Assembly: GCA_046482825.1 (NCBI GenBank) | Contig: JAWOEI010000092.1 | Span: forward strand, 32,169-96,168 | Length of the DNA stretch: 64,000 bases | Source of the DNA: Kiritimatiellia bacterium | Lineage (GTDB): Bacteria > Verrucomicrobiota > Kiritimatiellia > RFP12 > UBA1067 | Direction: 5' to 3' | Part shown: positions 9,071 to 18,516 of the stretch, in pieces | Numbering within the stretch: position 1 is the first letter of the stretch | Layout: each line of letters starts with the position of its first letter | Position numbers and translations under genes: made by a program | Notes under the pieces: model-generated | Seen by the model: only the letters and a program-made list of their open reading frames with translations | Told to the model about the DNA's origin: nothing | The model's database searches: none

Positions 9071-10782
9071 CTTTTCACAAACGAATCCTTGAGCCTTGCA
9101 GCTCCGAAAACAATAAGCATTACAGACATCAGCATCAGGCAGCCTGAAGTGACAGCCAAAACCCCTCCCTCGGAAAATCCTTTTTCCAGCCAGCTGTCAA
9201 GATTGCTTTTAAACAGCATGACTGTCGCGGTACCGCTGGTAACAAGCATAAACAGCATAGGTAATACGATAAAGCCGGTTTTACGTCCGGTTTTAAGCAA
9301 CCAGAGTGTCGTTCCCAGAAGAGTCAGTGCCGCCAGCAGCTGGTTACAGGAAGCAAAAATCGGCCATATACTCTTTGAACCGCCGCCGACAATGAGAACA
9401 CCGGTGACAAAGACAACAGCGAAAGTCGCAACAAAACGGTTGCTTGCATGTTTTCTGAATCCCGTCAGCGGCACCGACGGACTTTCGTCCTCTGATATCG
9501 AACGCGGCAGGAAAAGTTCCTGCCATGTGAAACGGGCGAGACGGGTGGCGGTATCCAGCGTTGTCATCAGGAAGGCGGCCAGGGCCAAAGAAACAAAAGT
9601 CACACCGATGTCCACAGGCACACCTATTGTTTTTGTAAAACCGGCAACCCCCTTTGCGAAAAGAATCACGTTCTTCTCTTTTGTGATGGCTTCGGCATAA
9701 TCCCCCGAGCTCATCCACGCAACGGCAATAAGAGCAATAAGAGCCAGCACTCCTTCAACCAGCATACCGCCGTACGCGATAGGCTTGAAATGTTTCTCGC
9801 TGGCCACCTGTTTGGAAGTTGTACCGGAGGATACAAGGGCATGAAAACCGGAGCAGGCGCCGCAGGCCACAGTGACAAAAAGCATGGGGAACAGCATTTC
9901 AGAAGATCCGCTGGTTGGTTTTAAAGCCGAGAAACCGGTAAAGGCATCCATTTCAATTGCGGGTGCAGAAAAGAATATTCCTATAATTCCCAGCGCCACC
10001 ATGACATACAAAAGATAGGAATTGAGATAATCGCGAGGCTGTAGCAAAATCCAGACTGGCAGAACCGATGCCACATAGCAGTACAGCAGCAGAAGGGCTG
10101 TCCAAATGTACCTGGCCGTCCCGGAGGAACAGCCCAGCACAGCTGTTAAATCCAGGGGGAAAGTGTTTCCTGCATACACACAACCGAACATCAAGGGCAC
10201 GAAAATCAGTGAGGCCTTCGTCAGATCAACCCCCCGCCTGTAAACAAAAAATCCGAAAACAACCGCCAGAGCAATGAAAAGAAGTGAGGCTGCCGCCACC
10301 TCCGGCTTGGCGATAAAGGCACCTGAAACCAGATTGGCAAAAACTGCGGCAACAAGAATCAAAGCGAACCAGCAGAATGTCAGAAAGAGAATCCGCCCCC
10401 AATAACCCATCAGCGATTCTATAACTGAGCCTATAGAACGGCCCTGATGACGGACTGAAAGAAACAAGGCGGCAAAATCATGCACAGCCCCGATAAAGAC
10501 ACTTCCGATAATAATCCAGAGGGCAACTGCGGCCCATCCGAAATGCGCCGCCATAATCGGACCGACAATAGGCCCCGCACCGGCAATACTGGCAAAATGA
10601 TGACCAAAAAGAACAGCTGGCCGGGCCGGAACATAGTCCACTCCGTCATTTCGAGATACCGCCGGAGTTTTTCGCGAGGTATCAACCCCGAAAAGTTTCT
10701 CCATCAACGAACCATAGAATCTATATGCCGCCAGAAATATAATACAACCGACAGCAAGCAGTGCTGCTCCATTCATAAACAA
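9067..10782 (-). CDS. cstA: carbon starvation protein A (peptide/pyruvate transporter family)
   Basis: 571-aa polytopic protein with the LFGHHFASIAGAGPIVGPI motif. Confidence 0.85.
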   Translation of the reverse strand: MFMNGAALLAVGCIIFLAAYRFYGSLMEKLFGVDTSRKTPAVSRNDGVDYVPARPAVLFGHHFASIAGAGPIVGPIMAAHFGWAAVALWIIIGSVFIGAVHDFAALFLSVRHQGRSIGSVIESLMGYWGRILFLTFCWFALILVAAVFANLVSGAFIAKPEVAAASLLFIALAVVFGFFVYRRGVDLTKASLIFVPLMFGCVYAGNTFPLDLTAVLGCSSGTARYIWTALLLLYCYVASVLPVWILLQPRDYLNSYLLYVMVALGIIGIFFSAPAIEMDAFTGFSALKPTSGSSEMLFPMLFVTVACGACSGFHALVSSGTTSKQVASEKHFKPIAYGGMLVEGVLALIALIAVAWMSSGDYAEAITKEKNVILFAKGVAGFTKTIGVPVDIGVTFVSLALAAFLMTTLDTATRLARFTWQELFLPRSISEDESPSVPLTGFRKHASNRFVATFAVVFVTGVLIVGGGSKSIWPIFASCNQLLAALTLLGTTLWLLKTGRKTGFIVLPMLFMLVTSGTATVMLFKSNLDSWLEKGFSEGGVLAVTSGCLMLMSVMLIVFGAARLKDSFVKS

Positions 10783-10810
10783 ACCTTTTACCTGATTTTG
10801 CCTAATTCCT

Positions 10811-11284
10811 TCAAATTATAGGTTTTATTATCAGGGGTGTCAATCTGAGTTCATCAAGCCAGGCCAATTCTCGAGAACGCATAGTCCGAAATCCCTCTTC
10901 ACTCAAATCTTCAGCATCGGTCAGATGATCGCACCCATGAGCAATATAAAGAGCAAGCTCTTTATCACTCCCCCAGCCCTGCCGCTCGCCCTCATGCACA
11001 GCGCACTGCAGATTTACAAATATTTCCCCGGTCAGTCCCTCCGGCTCCCCGGGAACAGGCTCATAGCGCTGGGTGATAACATCCGTAGATCCTTCAAGCC
11101 CCTGGACAGCCCTGTGAACAGGCTCAATGGTTTCATCATTCATTAAATAGACACTGATTTCATTCCAGGGAATAATACAGCCGCTATCCCGCTGAGCCAT
11201 AGCGGCCAGTTGACGCACAACAGATATTAAAGACTCTTCATCAACGGAATCGGGATAAACAGGATTTTCAATATTAATCTGCAT
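10811..11284 (-). CDS. ybeY: rRNA maturation endoribonuclease YbeY-like
   Basis: 157 aa with STDVITQRY and AHGCDHLTDAED, corresponding to the HGxLHLxGYDH zinc motif. The third His position is Asp here. Confidence 0.65.
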   Translation of the reverse strand: MQINIENPVYPDSVDEESLISVVRQLAAMAQRDSGCIIPWNEISVYLMNDETIEPVHRAVQGLEGSTDVITQRYEPVPGEPEGLTGEIFVNLQCAVHEGERQGWGSDKELALYIAHGCDHLTDAEDLSEEGFRTMRSRELAWLDELRLTPLIIKPII

Positions 11285-11287
11285 AGG

Positions 11288-11544
11288 TTTCTACCACGGA
11301 AAACACGGAAGAGCACGGAAATTAATTATAGAGCAAGTCGACAAATCTCAACTTTGGGAAAAGCACCGAAATTTACGATGATTCCCAATTTCATATCTTT
11401 ATGTTTTATTAATATCTTGTTTATGAAGCACTTATCACACAGCGTCTTTGCGTCTCTGCGCGAAAATAATCTACTGAATCTATGGGATGGCAGTGATTTC
11501 AAATATACCTTCTTCCGTGTTTTCAGTTTTTTCCGTGGTAGAAA
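11288..11544. repeat. AT-rich 257-bp segment bounded by 25-nt inverted repeats (MITE-like) carrying five TTCCGTG/CACGGAA heptamers
   Basis: The left arm is TTTCTACCACGGAAAACACGGAAGA (11288-11312). The right arm (11511-11544) is its reverse complement with a 9-nt insertion. Both ends are flanked by AGG. Confidence 0.5.
11325..11330 (-). promoter_or_regulatory. candidate -10 (TATAAT) for ybeY inside the inverted-repeat segment
   Basis: Minus strand reads TTGCTCTATAAT about 40 nt upstream of ATG 11284. The three UUCCGUG repeats would then lie in the 5' UTR. Confidence 0.3.
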
Positions 11545-11553
11545 AGGAGTTCA

Positions 11554-11576
11554 TTTTTCACGCATTGCGTGAAAAA
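11554..11576. other. perfect 23-nt palindrome TTTTTCACGCA-T-TGCGTGAAAAA abutting the tRNA 3' CCA
   Basis: Seen directly. It could form an 11-bp hairpin on either strand. There is no trailing U-tract beyond the paired A/U ends. Confidence 0.5.
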
Positions 11577-11652
11577 TGGTGGAGCGAAGGAGAATCGAAC
11601 TCCCGACCCCCACGTTGCGAACGTGGTGCTCTACCAATTGAGCTATCGCCCC
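11577..11652 (-). tRNA. tRNA-Ala (anticodon CGC), CCA encoded
   Basis: A 76-nt cloverleaf folded by hand: acceptor GGGGCGA/TCGCTCC with the G3:U70 Ala identity pair, anticodon loop TTCGCAA, and T-loop TTCGATT. Confidence 0.95.
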
Positions 11653-11659
11653 ACAGAAG

Positions 11660-11682
11660 ACGCGCCATTTTTCATGGCGCGT
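11660..11682 (-). other. 9-bp hairpin ACGCGCCAT/ATGGCGCGT between murG and tRNA-Ala
   Basis: Sits 8 nt upstream of the tRNA 5' end. Could be a weak terminator or processing structure. A candidate tRNA promoter TTGATG-17-TTAAAT lies at 11714-11686 (minus). Confidence 0.35.
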
Positions 11683-11763
11683 ATAATTTAACTTAAATCC
11701 ACCTGCGGCATCAACACTTAATTTAAAAGATTCCGCGAATCGGGCGCATCTGCGAATCCAGGT

Positions 11764-12840
11764 TCAGGCCTTTTCCACTTCATCCGCCAGACGTTCAGCA
11801 GCATCCGGAACAGCCAGCACCTTAACTGCCTGCCCCATATGCACAAGCTGAAAGGGATTATTCATTTTAACAAAAAGGTATCGCATCAGAGACCGTGCTG
11901 TCAGTTCACTCTGTATGCCTTCATCGGCACCGCCCGCCTTCACCAGTGAAAACGCGTTATGATGCTGATGGTTGCGCACAGCCGAAGGAAGCGGAACAAG
12001 AAAAGCGGGCTTGCCCAGAAGAGACAGTTCAAAACAGGTAGAGGCTCCTGCTCTCGCTACCACAATATCAGCAGCGGCATACGCTTTTCCCATATCATCA
12101 ATGAATGCGCTCACCTTGGCGGGCACCCCCTCCTTATGATAGAACTCACGAAGCTGCTGCTCGTCAGCTTTGCCGCTCTGATGAATCACAAAAAAATTCT
12201 CTGCCCCGTCTCGTCTGAGCAGGGCGGCGGCCTGAGATGCCAGCTGATTCAACCTGCGGGCACCCTGACTGCCTCCGGTCACAAAAATCACAAAGGCATC
12301 ATCGGGCACATCTTCGAATGGCGTCTGGCCGATCAGATCATTACGGACGGGAAGCCCCGTAAAACAGACTTCGCGTCCCTGCAGCCAGTTCCCGGTTTCC
12401 CTGAAACTGACCGCCGTACACTCTGCAAAACGCGACAGGAAGTCAACCGCTTTGCCAGGCACAGCGTTGGCTTCATGCAGAAAAACCGGTATATGACTCA
12501 TACGGGCCGCCAGCACAGGCGGCAGACTCGTATAACTTCCCATAGCCAGCAGGGCATCAGGTTTTAAATGATTGAAACCACGCAGGCAGCGGGAAAAAGA
12601 GCGCGGAAAAAAAGGCAGACTTTTCAGAGAGAGGCGAGGCGCCCCGGTAGCCATCTTATCGCCGTCCCACCCCTTTGCTGCCGCATTTTCTATATCACGT
12701 CCCGCAAGCCATATCGACACTCTGTGTCCACGTCTGCGCAGCACCCGGGCAACAGCCAGTCCCGGAAAAATATGTCCCCCCGTTCCCCCGCAGGCGACAA
12801 CGTAACATTTTTTCTTATCAGTCATTCCTTCTCCTGACAT
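11764..12840 (-). CDS. murG: UDP-GlcNAc:lipid I N-acetylglucosaminyltransferase MurG
   Basis: The ACGGTGGHIFPGLAV motif; 358 aa. An alternative start at 12825 would remove the overlap with murJ. Confidence 0.9.
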   Translation of the reverse strand: MSGEGMTDKKKCYVVACGGTGGHIFPGLAVARVLRRRGHRVSIWLAGRDIENAAAKGWDGDKMATGAPRLSLKSLPFFPRSFSRCLRGFNHLKPDALLAMGSYTSLPPVLAARMSHIPVFLHEANAVPGKAVDFLSRFAECTAVSFRETGNWLQGREVCFTGLPVRNDLIGQTPFEDVPDDAFVIFVTGGSQGARRLNQLASQAAALLRRDGAENFFVIHQSGKADEQQLREFYHKEGVPAKVSAFIDDMGKAYAAADIVVARAGASTCFELSLLGKPAFLVPLPSAVRNHQHHNAFSLVKAGGADEGIQSELTARSLMRYLFVKMNNPFQLVHMGQAVKVLAVPDAAERLADEVEKA

Positions 12841-14458
12841 GTTTTAACACAACATTCCCGAGATGTGAAAGTTCTTTCGCACAGAAAACAGCCATGAAAC
12901 CGGAGTAAAGCATAATTGCTAAAATAACGGCAGTCAGAACCGAAATCAGACGGCATGCGCCGCAATCGGGCAGAACGGATACAATATAAACATGGAAAAA
13001 GCGGGTTGCAAAGGCCATCAGCCCCGCACATAGAAGAGCTCTCGAAAAAACAGAAACCAGCCGTTTTTCATTGATTGCACAGATACGCCTCCGGAAAATA
13101 AAGTAAAGAACAGAAACACTTACAGTACTGCAGACTACAGTGGAAAGCGCAATTCCCGCATGCTTCCAGCCGACAGGAAAAAATACAACACTGCATATAT
13201 TCAGGGCGACATTCAGAATCAGAACCGACAGCGAAACCTTTGTCGGTGTTTTAATATCCTGCATTCCGTAAAAAGCAGGAACAACGGCCTTGTTGAAACT
13301 GAAAATCAGCAAGCCGGGCAGATATGCGCATAACGCGCGGGATGTGAGAACAGAAGATTCCGCATCAAAAGCGCCGTTGCCGATGCCGTAAACCAGACTC
13401 ATGACGGGCCTGGCAAGGGCCCCCAGTCCAAATGCGCAGGGCAGCATCACCAGGGTCAGGTTCACCAGGGCATCTTCAAGGTCATCAGCCACACGAAACA
13501 ACTCGTCATTAGCCGCATGCCGCGAAAACGCCGGAAGAAGAACCGTCATAAAGGCGGTACCGAAAATACCGAGAGGCAGATATATAAAACGCTCCGCATA
13601 TCCAAGCGCAGCCGGTCCGTAACTGCCAGCCCAATAGGCCAGTATTTTATCTACACAGACGTTTATCTGCAGAATTCCGGCTCCCAGAACAGCCGGTCCC
13701 ATCAAAGTCAGAATCCGTATGACGCCGGTATCATTCAGAATTCCCTTGAAGCTCGGTCTGAAATAGAATCCCTCATGAATAAGAACAGGTATCTGTATCA
13801 GAATCTGCAGCATCCCGGCCACCAGGACAACCCCGCAGAGAATCATCAGCTGACGGCTTTTTTCAACATGTATGAAACTGCATATAATGAGCAGCGCCGC
13901 AATCCAGACGACATTCAGAACAAAAGGGGCAAAAGCCGAAACAGCAAACCGGCCGACAGAGTTGAGCATTCCCGCAACCATTGCCGCCACACATATCAAC
14001 ACCGCATAGGGAAGCAGAAGTCGTATCATAGGAAGGGGAAGAAGCCACTGACTTCCTGTGGGAAGAACAGCCGGAAGCAGGAAAGACACGCCGATACCGG
14101 CAAGCACAACAGCTGAAAGCGTTATCACCAGCAGCCCGATAACATGCATGGCCAGTCTGTTGGCTCTGCTCCGGCCATTCTGCTGCAATTCCCGGTTAAA
14201 AACAGGAACAAAAGCTCCGGCGAGAGCACCCTCACCGAAAAGCCGACGAAAAAGATTAGGCACAAGAAAGGCAATATCAAATGCGGATTTCAATGCGCTT
14301 GTACCAAAAAAGTACGCCATAATCATCTCACGCACAAGGCCGCCGATACGGCTGAGAAGGGTCATCAGGCTTACCACCGAGGCTGATTTCACCAAGCGGG
14401 CTTTATGAGCGCTTACAGACCGGAGTCGTGATCCGGGGTGTTGTTGATCTGTTGACAT
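12818..14458 (-). CDS. murJ: lipid II flippase MurJ (MviN)
   Basis: 546-aa polytopic protein with the LLSRIGGLVREMIMAYFFGTS...AFVPVF N-terminal signature. Confidence 0.85.
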   Translation of the reverse strand: MSTDQQHPGSRLRSVSAHKARLVKSASVVSLMTLLSRIGGLVREMIMAYFFGTSALKSAFDIAFLVPNLFRRLFGEGALAGAFVPVFNRELQQNGRSRANRLAMHVIGLLVITLSAVVLAGIGVSFLLPAVLPTGSQWLLPLPMIRLLLPYAVLICVAAMVAGMLNSVGRFAVSAFAPFVLNVVWIAALLIICSFIHVEKSRQLMILCGVVLVAGMLQILIQIPVLIHEGFYFRPSFKGILNDTGVIRILTLMGPAVLGAGILQINVCVDKILAYWAGSYGPAALGYAERFIYLPLGIFGTAFMTVLLPAFSRHAANDELFRVADDLEDALVNLTLVMLPCAFGLGALARPVMSLVYGIGNGAFDAESSVLTSRALCAYLPGLLIFSFNKAVVPAFYGMQDIKTPTKVSLSVLILNVALNICSVVFFPVGWKHAGIALSTVVCSTVSVSVLYFIFRRRICAINEKRLVSVFSRALLCAGLMAFATRFFHVYIVSVLPDCGACRLISVLTAVILAIMLYSGFMAVFCAKELSHLGNVVLKHVRRRND

Positions 14459-14467
14459 GGATTTCCG

Positions 14468-15652
14468 TCAGCTCCGTTTTTTTGCATCAATCCGGCCTAT
14501 TATCCTGTCTATGGCTTCAATAAAGTTATGCGCACCGGCCATAATTTCAATATCCACCCGCACATAATAGACAGGCACAGCTGTGCGGGTCAGTTTCGGA
14601 AAACGGACCGCATCTTTCTCTGTAGTTATCAGCGCCTCGGCACCCAGTTTATGCGCTTTGTTGATGGCATCGATAATCTCCTGGGCCTGATAGCGGTGAT
14701 GATCGGCATAACGCTCAAAACTGATCAGTTTCGCCCCCAGCTTACGCAGGGAACTTTCAAAACTCTGGGGTACCGCAATACCTGAAAGCGACGCCACCCG
14801 CCTGCCCCTGAGCCAGTCGAGCTGAATTTTTTCGTCAGAATAGACATTGCACAGAAAACGCGGCATATGGCAGCACTCGATGACATCAGCTGACGGATTC
14901 AGCCGGGCTATAGTTTCACGCAGCTCTTCCGATTGTCCGTCTGATTTGCTTATAAATATAAAATCAGCCCGTTTAAGATTTTTCGCCGGTTCCCGCAGCA
15001 CTCCCCGCGGAAGTATATTCCCGTTACCGAAGGGATTCGTTTTATCCACAAGCACAACATCGACATGATGCTTCAGTTTCTGATACTGAAGTCCGTCATC
15101 CAGAATAAGAATATCCCTTTTAAAGCGCTTGATTGCATATTTGCCGCTCTTGACGCGGTTTTTATCCACAAGCACAACAACACCGGGAAGATTACTTGCC
15201 AGCATATAGGGTTCATCACCACCCATTTCGCTATCCAGCAAAATATTATCGCCATCACTGACAACTCGCGGGGGCTGATATTTCTCTTCAAATCTGCGAT
15301 ACCAGGGCAGTTCCTTTTTACGATAACCGCGGCTCAGAATGGCGACACGGCGTCCGCGCTTATGTAGTTCACGGGCAAAAATCTCGACAACAGGTGTTTT
15401 ACCTGTACCGCCAGCGGTCACATTCCCGACACTGATAACCTGGCATCCCAGCGGATAACTGTGCAGGATGCGCTCTTTGTACAGGAAGAGTCGCACCAGA
15501 ACCACATGCTTAAACGCAAGGGAGATCCCTTTCAGAATCCCGAGCAGCATACGTACGGGAAAGGGCTGATTCTGATCCGCGCCGGGAAGCTGGATAATTC
15601 TTACCAGATAACGTTCCAGCCGTTCTGATCTGCTGATTTTTGACTTGGGCAT
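14468..15652 (-). CDS. lpxK: tetraacyldisaccharide 4'-kinase
   Basis: [15 protein letters not shown]-loop and an N-terminal membrane helix; 394 aa. Confidence 0.85.
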   Translation of the reverse strand: MPKSKISRSERLERYLVRIIQLPGADQNQPFPVRMLLGILKGISLAFKHVVLVRLFLYKERILHSYPLGCQVISVGNVTAGGTGKTPVVEIFARELHKRGRRVAILSRGYRKKELPWYRRFEEKYQPPRVVSDGDNILLDSEMGGDEPYMLASNLPGVVVLVDKNRVKSGKYAIKRFKRDILILDDGLQYQKLKHHVDVVLVDKTNPFGNGNILPRGVLREPAKNLKRADFIFISKSDGQSEELRETIARLNPSADVIECCHMPRFLCNVYSDEKIQLDWLRGRRVASLSGIAVPQSFESSLRKLGAKLISFERYADHHRYQAQEIIDAINKAHKLGAEALITTEKDAVRFPKLTRTAVPVYYVRVDIEIMAGAHNFIEAIDRIIGRIDAKKRS

Positions 15653-15731
15653 AAATTAAACTTTTTTTAGCTGAATGGTGCTAAATATTGCTTTATTAAC
15701 GCGAAAAAGTCAAAAAAATAACAACAGCATA

Positions 15732-15760
15732 TTGACAAACAAAAAGCATATATTCATACT
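15732..15760 (+). promoter_or_regulatory. candidate sigma70-type promoter TTGACA-17-CATACT upstream of hemW
   Basis: Consensus -35, 17-nt spacer and CATACT -10, about 100 nt upstream of the hemW start. Confidence 0.4.
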
Positions 15761-15861
15761 GGCTCCGCATTCATCGCAGCGGAATACAGTTTTTACGGCA
15801 TGTCATCACCTGAAACGGTATAATATGCACCGGAAATAAATACAGTTACGGAATTCAGCAG

Positions 15862-16998
15862 GTGATTCCTCATTTGTACATACACATCCCCTTTTGCTCC
15901 AGCAAATGTTTCTACTGCGTTTTTTACTCTGAAACAGGCATCGGCAGAAATGAGGTTTCAGAATATCCGTCTTTACTCGGCAAAGAGCTGACGCTTAATA
16001 CACAGCTCTTCCCGCCCCTGCAGCCGCAGACCATATACATAGGCGGCGGCACCCCGTCTCTTCTGGGAGCTGAGGGTTTTGCAAAACTGACTGAACAGCT
16101 CGAAAAATTCGTAAATCCGAAAACTCTGGAAGAGTGGAGCGTTGAAATCAACCCGTCCAGCGCCAGCGCGGAACTTTTTGAAACAATGCACAGATGCGGA
16201 GTCAGCCGCCTTACCTTCGGCGCCCAGAGCTTCAACAATCCAATTCTTGAAACAGTTAACCGCAATCATAATGCGCAATGCGCTGTCGAGGCTGTAAAAT
16301 CTGCCGCGGAACACGGATTCAGCAACATAGGCATTGACCTGATAGCAGGACTGCCGGGAACCACAGCAAAGAGCTGGCGCAAGGATATGAAAACCGCACT
16401 ATTGCTGAATCCGAAGCATATATCGATTTATGCGCTCACTGTTGAAAAAGGCACACCCCTCGCTGCGATGAACTCAAACGGGCTCCTGCTCCCGTCTGAA
16501 GAAGAGCTGATGGATAGAATCCGGGAAGGAGAAACAATCCTGACCGCAGAGGGTTTCATTCGTTACGAAATATCCAACTATGCACTGCCTGGTTATGAGT
16601 GCAGACACAACCTCGGAATATGGCGCGGCAATGACTACATGGGAATCGGCCCTGCGGCAGCATCACGTATCAAGCTGAAACGGCAGGAAAACATCCCTGA
16701 TTTCAGGCGGTGGCGTAACGCTCTCGGCAGAAATCATCTTCCTCCCCGGCTCAGCGGCATACTCTCTCCTAAAGATGATGCGCTCGAACGGGTTCTTTTC
16801 CGAATGCGTCTGAATGAAGGCTTTTCCGTCACAGACTGTTTAAAGGAGTATCCCCTGCTGAAAACACGTGAACAGAGATGGCAGAAAACACTGGAGCATC
16901 TGGCGGAAAGCAATGCAGTGGAAAAGAATGGAGACAGCTGGCGGCTGACACAACGCGGCCGTGAAGTATGTGATTATGTAATTCGGGAGTTGATATGA
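15862..16998 (+). CDS. hemW: radical SAM heme chaperone HemW (HemN-like, oxygen-independent coproporphyrinogen oxidase family)
   Basis: LYIHIPFCSSKCFYCVF contains the CxxxCxxC radical SAM motif. The 378-aa size is typical of HemW. The GTG start is uncertain. Confidence 0.8.
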   Translation: MIPHLYIHIPFCSSKCFYCVFYSETGIGRNEVSEYPSLLGKELTLNTQLFPPLQPQTIYIGGGTPSLLGAEGFAKLTEQLEKFVNPKTLEEWSVEINPSSASAELFETMHRCGVSRLTFGAQSFNNPILETVNRNHNAQCAVEAVKSAAEHGFSNIGIDLIAGLPGTTAKSWRKDMKTALLLNPKHISIYALTVEKGTPLAAMNSNGLLLPSEEELMDRIREGETILTAEGFIRYEISNYALPGYECRHNLGIWRGNDYMGIGPAAASRIKLKRQENIPDFRRWRNALGRNHLPPRLSGILSPKDDALERVLFRMRLNEGFSVTDCLKEYPLLKTREQRWQKTLEHLAESNAVEKNGDSWRLTQRGREVCDYVIRELI

Positions 16999-17137
16999 AA
17001 CGCGAGTCTGCCATCATACATGATCAACTGCGAAACAGACCTCTGGTGAACACAGGCGCAACTTAATGATGGAATCCTGCCTTCAAAGCAGATATAATAC
17101 GAATAAATTCAATTAAACCTGTAAGTGTTGGAGAAAT

Positions 17138-18040
17138 ATGCATATAGCAGACGAAATTCTGGATCTGAAAAAAAAACGCAACGCCGTAATTCTCGCGCAT
17201 AATTATCAGATAGGCGAAGTCCAGGACATTTCTGATTTCAATGGTGATTCACTTGAACTGGCACGCAAGGCAACGGATATCGACTCAGATGTCATTGTGT
17301 TCTGCGGTGTTCATTTCATGGCCGAAACTGCGGCGATACTGAATCCCGGAAAAACCGTCCTGCTTCCGGATGCAGGTGCCGGGTGTCCAATGGCGGATAT
17401 GATCACCGGCGAGCAGCTACGCAAACTCAAAGCGGAACATCCCGATGCCAAGGTGCTCTGCTATGTTAACAGCACGGCGGAAATCAAGGCTGAAAGCGAC
17501 TGCTGTGTCACATCCTCCAATGCCGTAAAGGTGGCCGGACATTACCCGCCCGACCAGGAAATCATCTTTGTTCCGGATCGACACCTCGGCTCATACACAG
17601 CGGAACAGCTGGGGCGCAAATTCATACTCTGGCCCGGATTCTGTCCCACGCACGCCCGTTTCATGGAGCAGCAGATAAAAACCAGACGCACGGAATATCC
17701 TGAAGCCGTTGTTATGGTTCACCCTGAAAGTCCGAAACCGGTGTGTGATGCGGCCGATAAAGTTCTTTCAACCGGAGGTATGTGCCAGTTCGCTCTGTCA
17801 TCCGATAAGAAAGAGTTTATAGTCGGTACGGAAACCGGCATCATACACAGACTTAAAAAGGAAAATACCGATAAAACCTTTATCCCCCTGCACGACAGAG
17901 CCATTTGCCCGAATATGAAGAAAATCAACCTCGAAAAAATCCTCTGGTCATTGAAGGACATGAAACCTGAAATCCGGGTTCCGGAACCAACAGCTTCAAG
18001 AGCACGCATCGCCATTGAAAAAATGCTGGAACTTTCATGA
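17138..18040 (+). CDS. nadA: quinolinate synthase
   Basis: 300 aa with ILAHNYQ, FCGVHFMAETA and VHPES-type motifs. Confidence 0.9.
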   Translation: MHIADEILDLKKKRNAVILAHNYQIGEVQDISDFNGDSLELARKATDIDSDVIVFCGVHFMAETAAILNPGKTVLLPDAGAGCPMADMITGEQLRKLKAEHPDAKVLCYVNSTAEIKAESDCCVTSSNAVKVAGHYPPDQEIIFVPDRHLGSYTAEQLGRKFILWPGFCPTHARFMEQQIKTRRTEYPEAVVMVHPESPKPVCDAADKVLSTGGMCQFALSSDKKEFIVGTETGIIHRLKKENTDKTFIPLHDRAICPNMKKINLEKILWSLKDMKPEIRVPEPTASRARIAIEKMLELS

Positions 18041-18057
18041 GCTAACCAAGATGCAGA

Positions 18058-18507
18058 ATGAATAAATTTTTTTACATATCGCTCACAGCTGCCGTTCTGC
18101 TTGCTGGCTGTCTGACGAACAGGCAACTGATTGCAGAGCGTATTCAGGAAAAACAGAGTTTCTTCAGTTCCCTGCCTCCGGCAAAACAGGAGCGGCTGAG
18201 AAAAGGGGAAATTCAGACCGGAGATTCCAGAGATGCAGTCTGGATTGTATATGGTGATCCTGATCGTAAATTCACCAGAGTCAGCGGCAGCAGCACCAAT
18301 GAGATATGGTCATATTCCGCCTGTGAATTTGACCGTTTCGACCGGCTGCGTCCTTTATACCATCCTGTCCGTGCCTCCAGCGGACGAACCATCTGGCGCA
18401 GTGACTACATCTGGACTTCTGAAATCGGTTATCAGGTATATGAGTACATGCGTATCGAATTTGAAAACAACCGCATCAAGGGTTATGAAGAGGAAAAACG
18501 GAAGTAA
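18058..18507 (+). CDS. lipoprotein, BamE/SmpA-OmlA-like
   Basis: Lipobox LLAGC; GDSRDAVWIVYGDPD...EIWSY and a C-terminal IEFENNRIKGYE resemble the BamE fold signature. Confidence 0.45.
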   Translation: MNKFFYISLTAAVLLAGCLTNRQLIAERIQEKQSFFSSLPPAKQERLRKGEIQTGDSRDAVWIVYGDPDRKFTRVSGSSTNEIWSYSACEFDRFDRLRPLYHPVRASSGRTIWRSDYIWTSEIGYQVYEYMRIEFENNRIKGYEEEKRK

Positions 18508-18516
18508 GAAGACAAT

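Noticed and set aside
11354-11696. 72-aa and 69-aa plus-strand ORFs in the ybeY / tRNA spacer.
   Set aside because: One reads through the antisense of tRNA-Ala and the other spans the AT-rich inverted-repeat segment. Neither has an RBS or protein-like composition.
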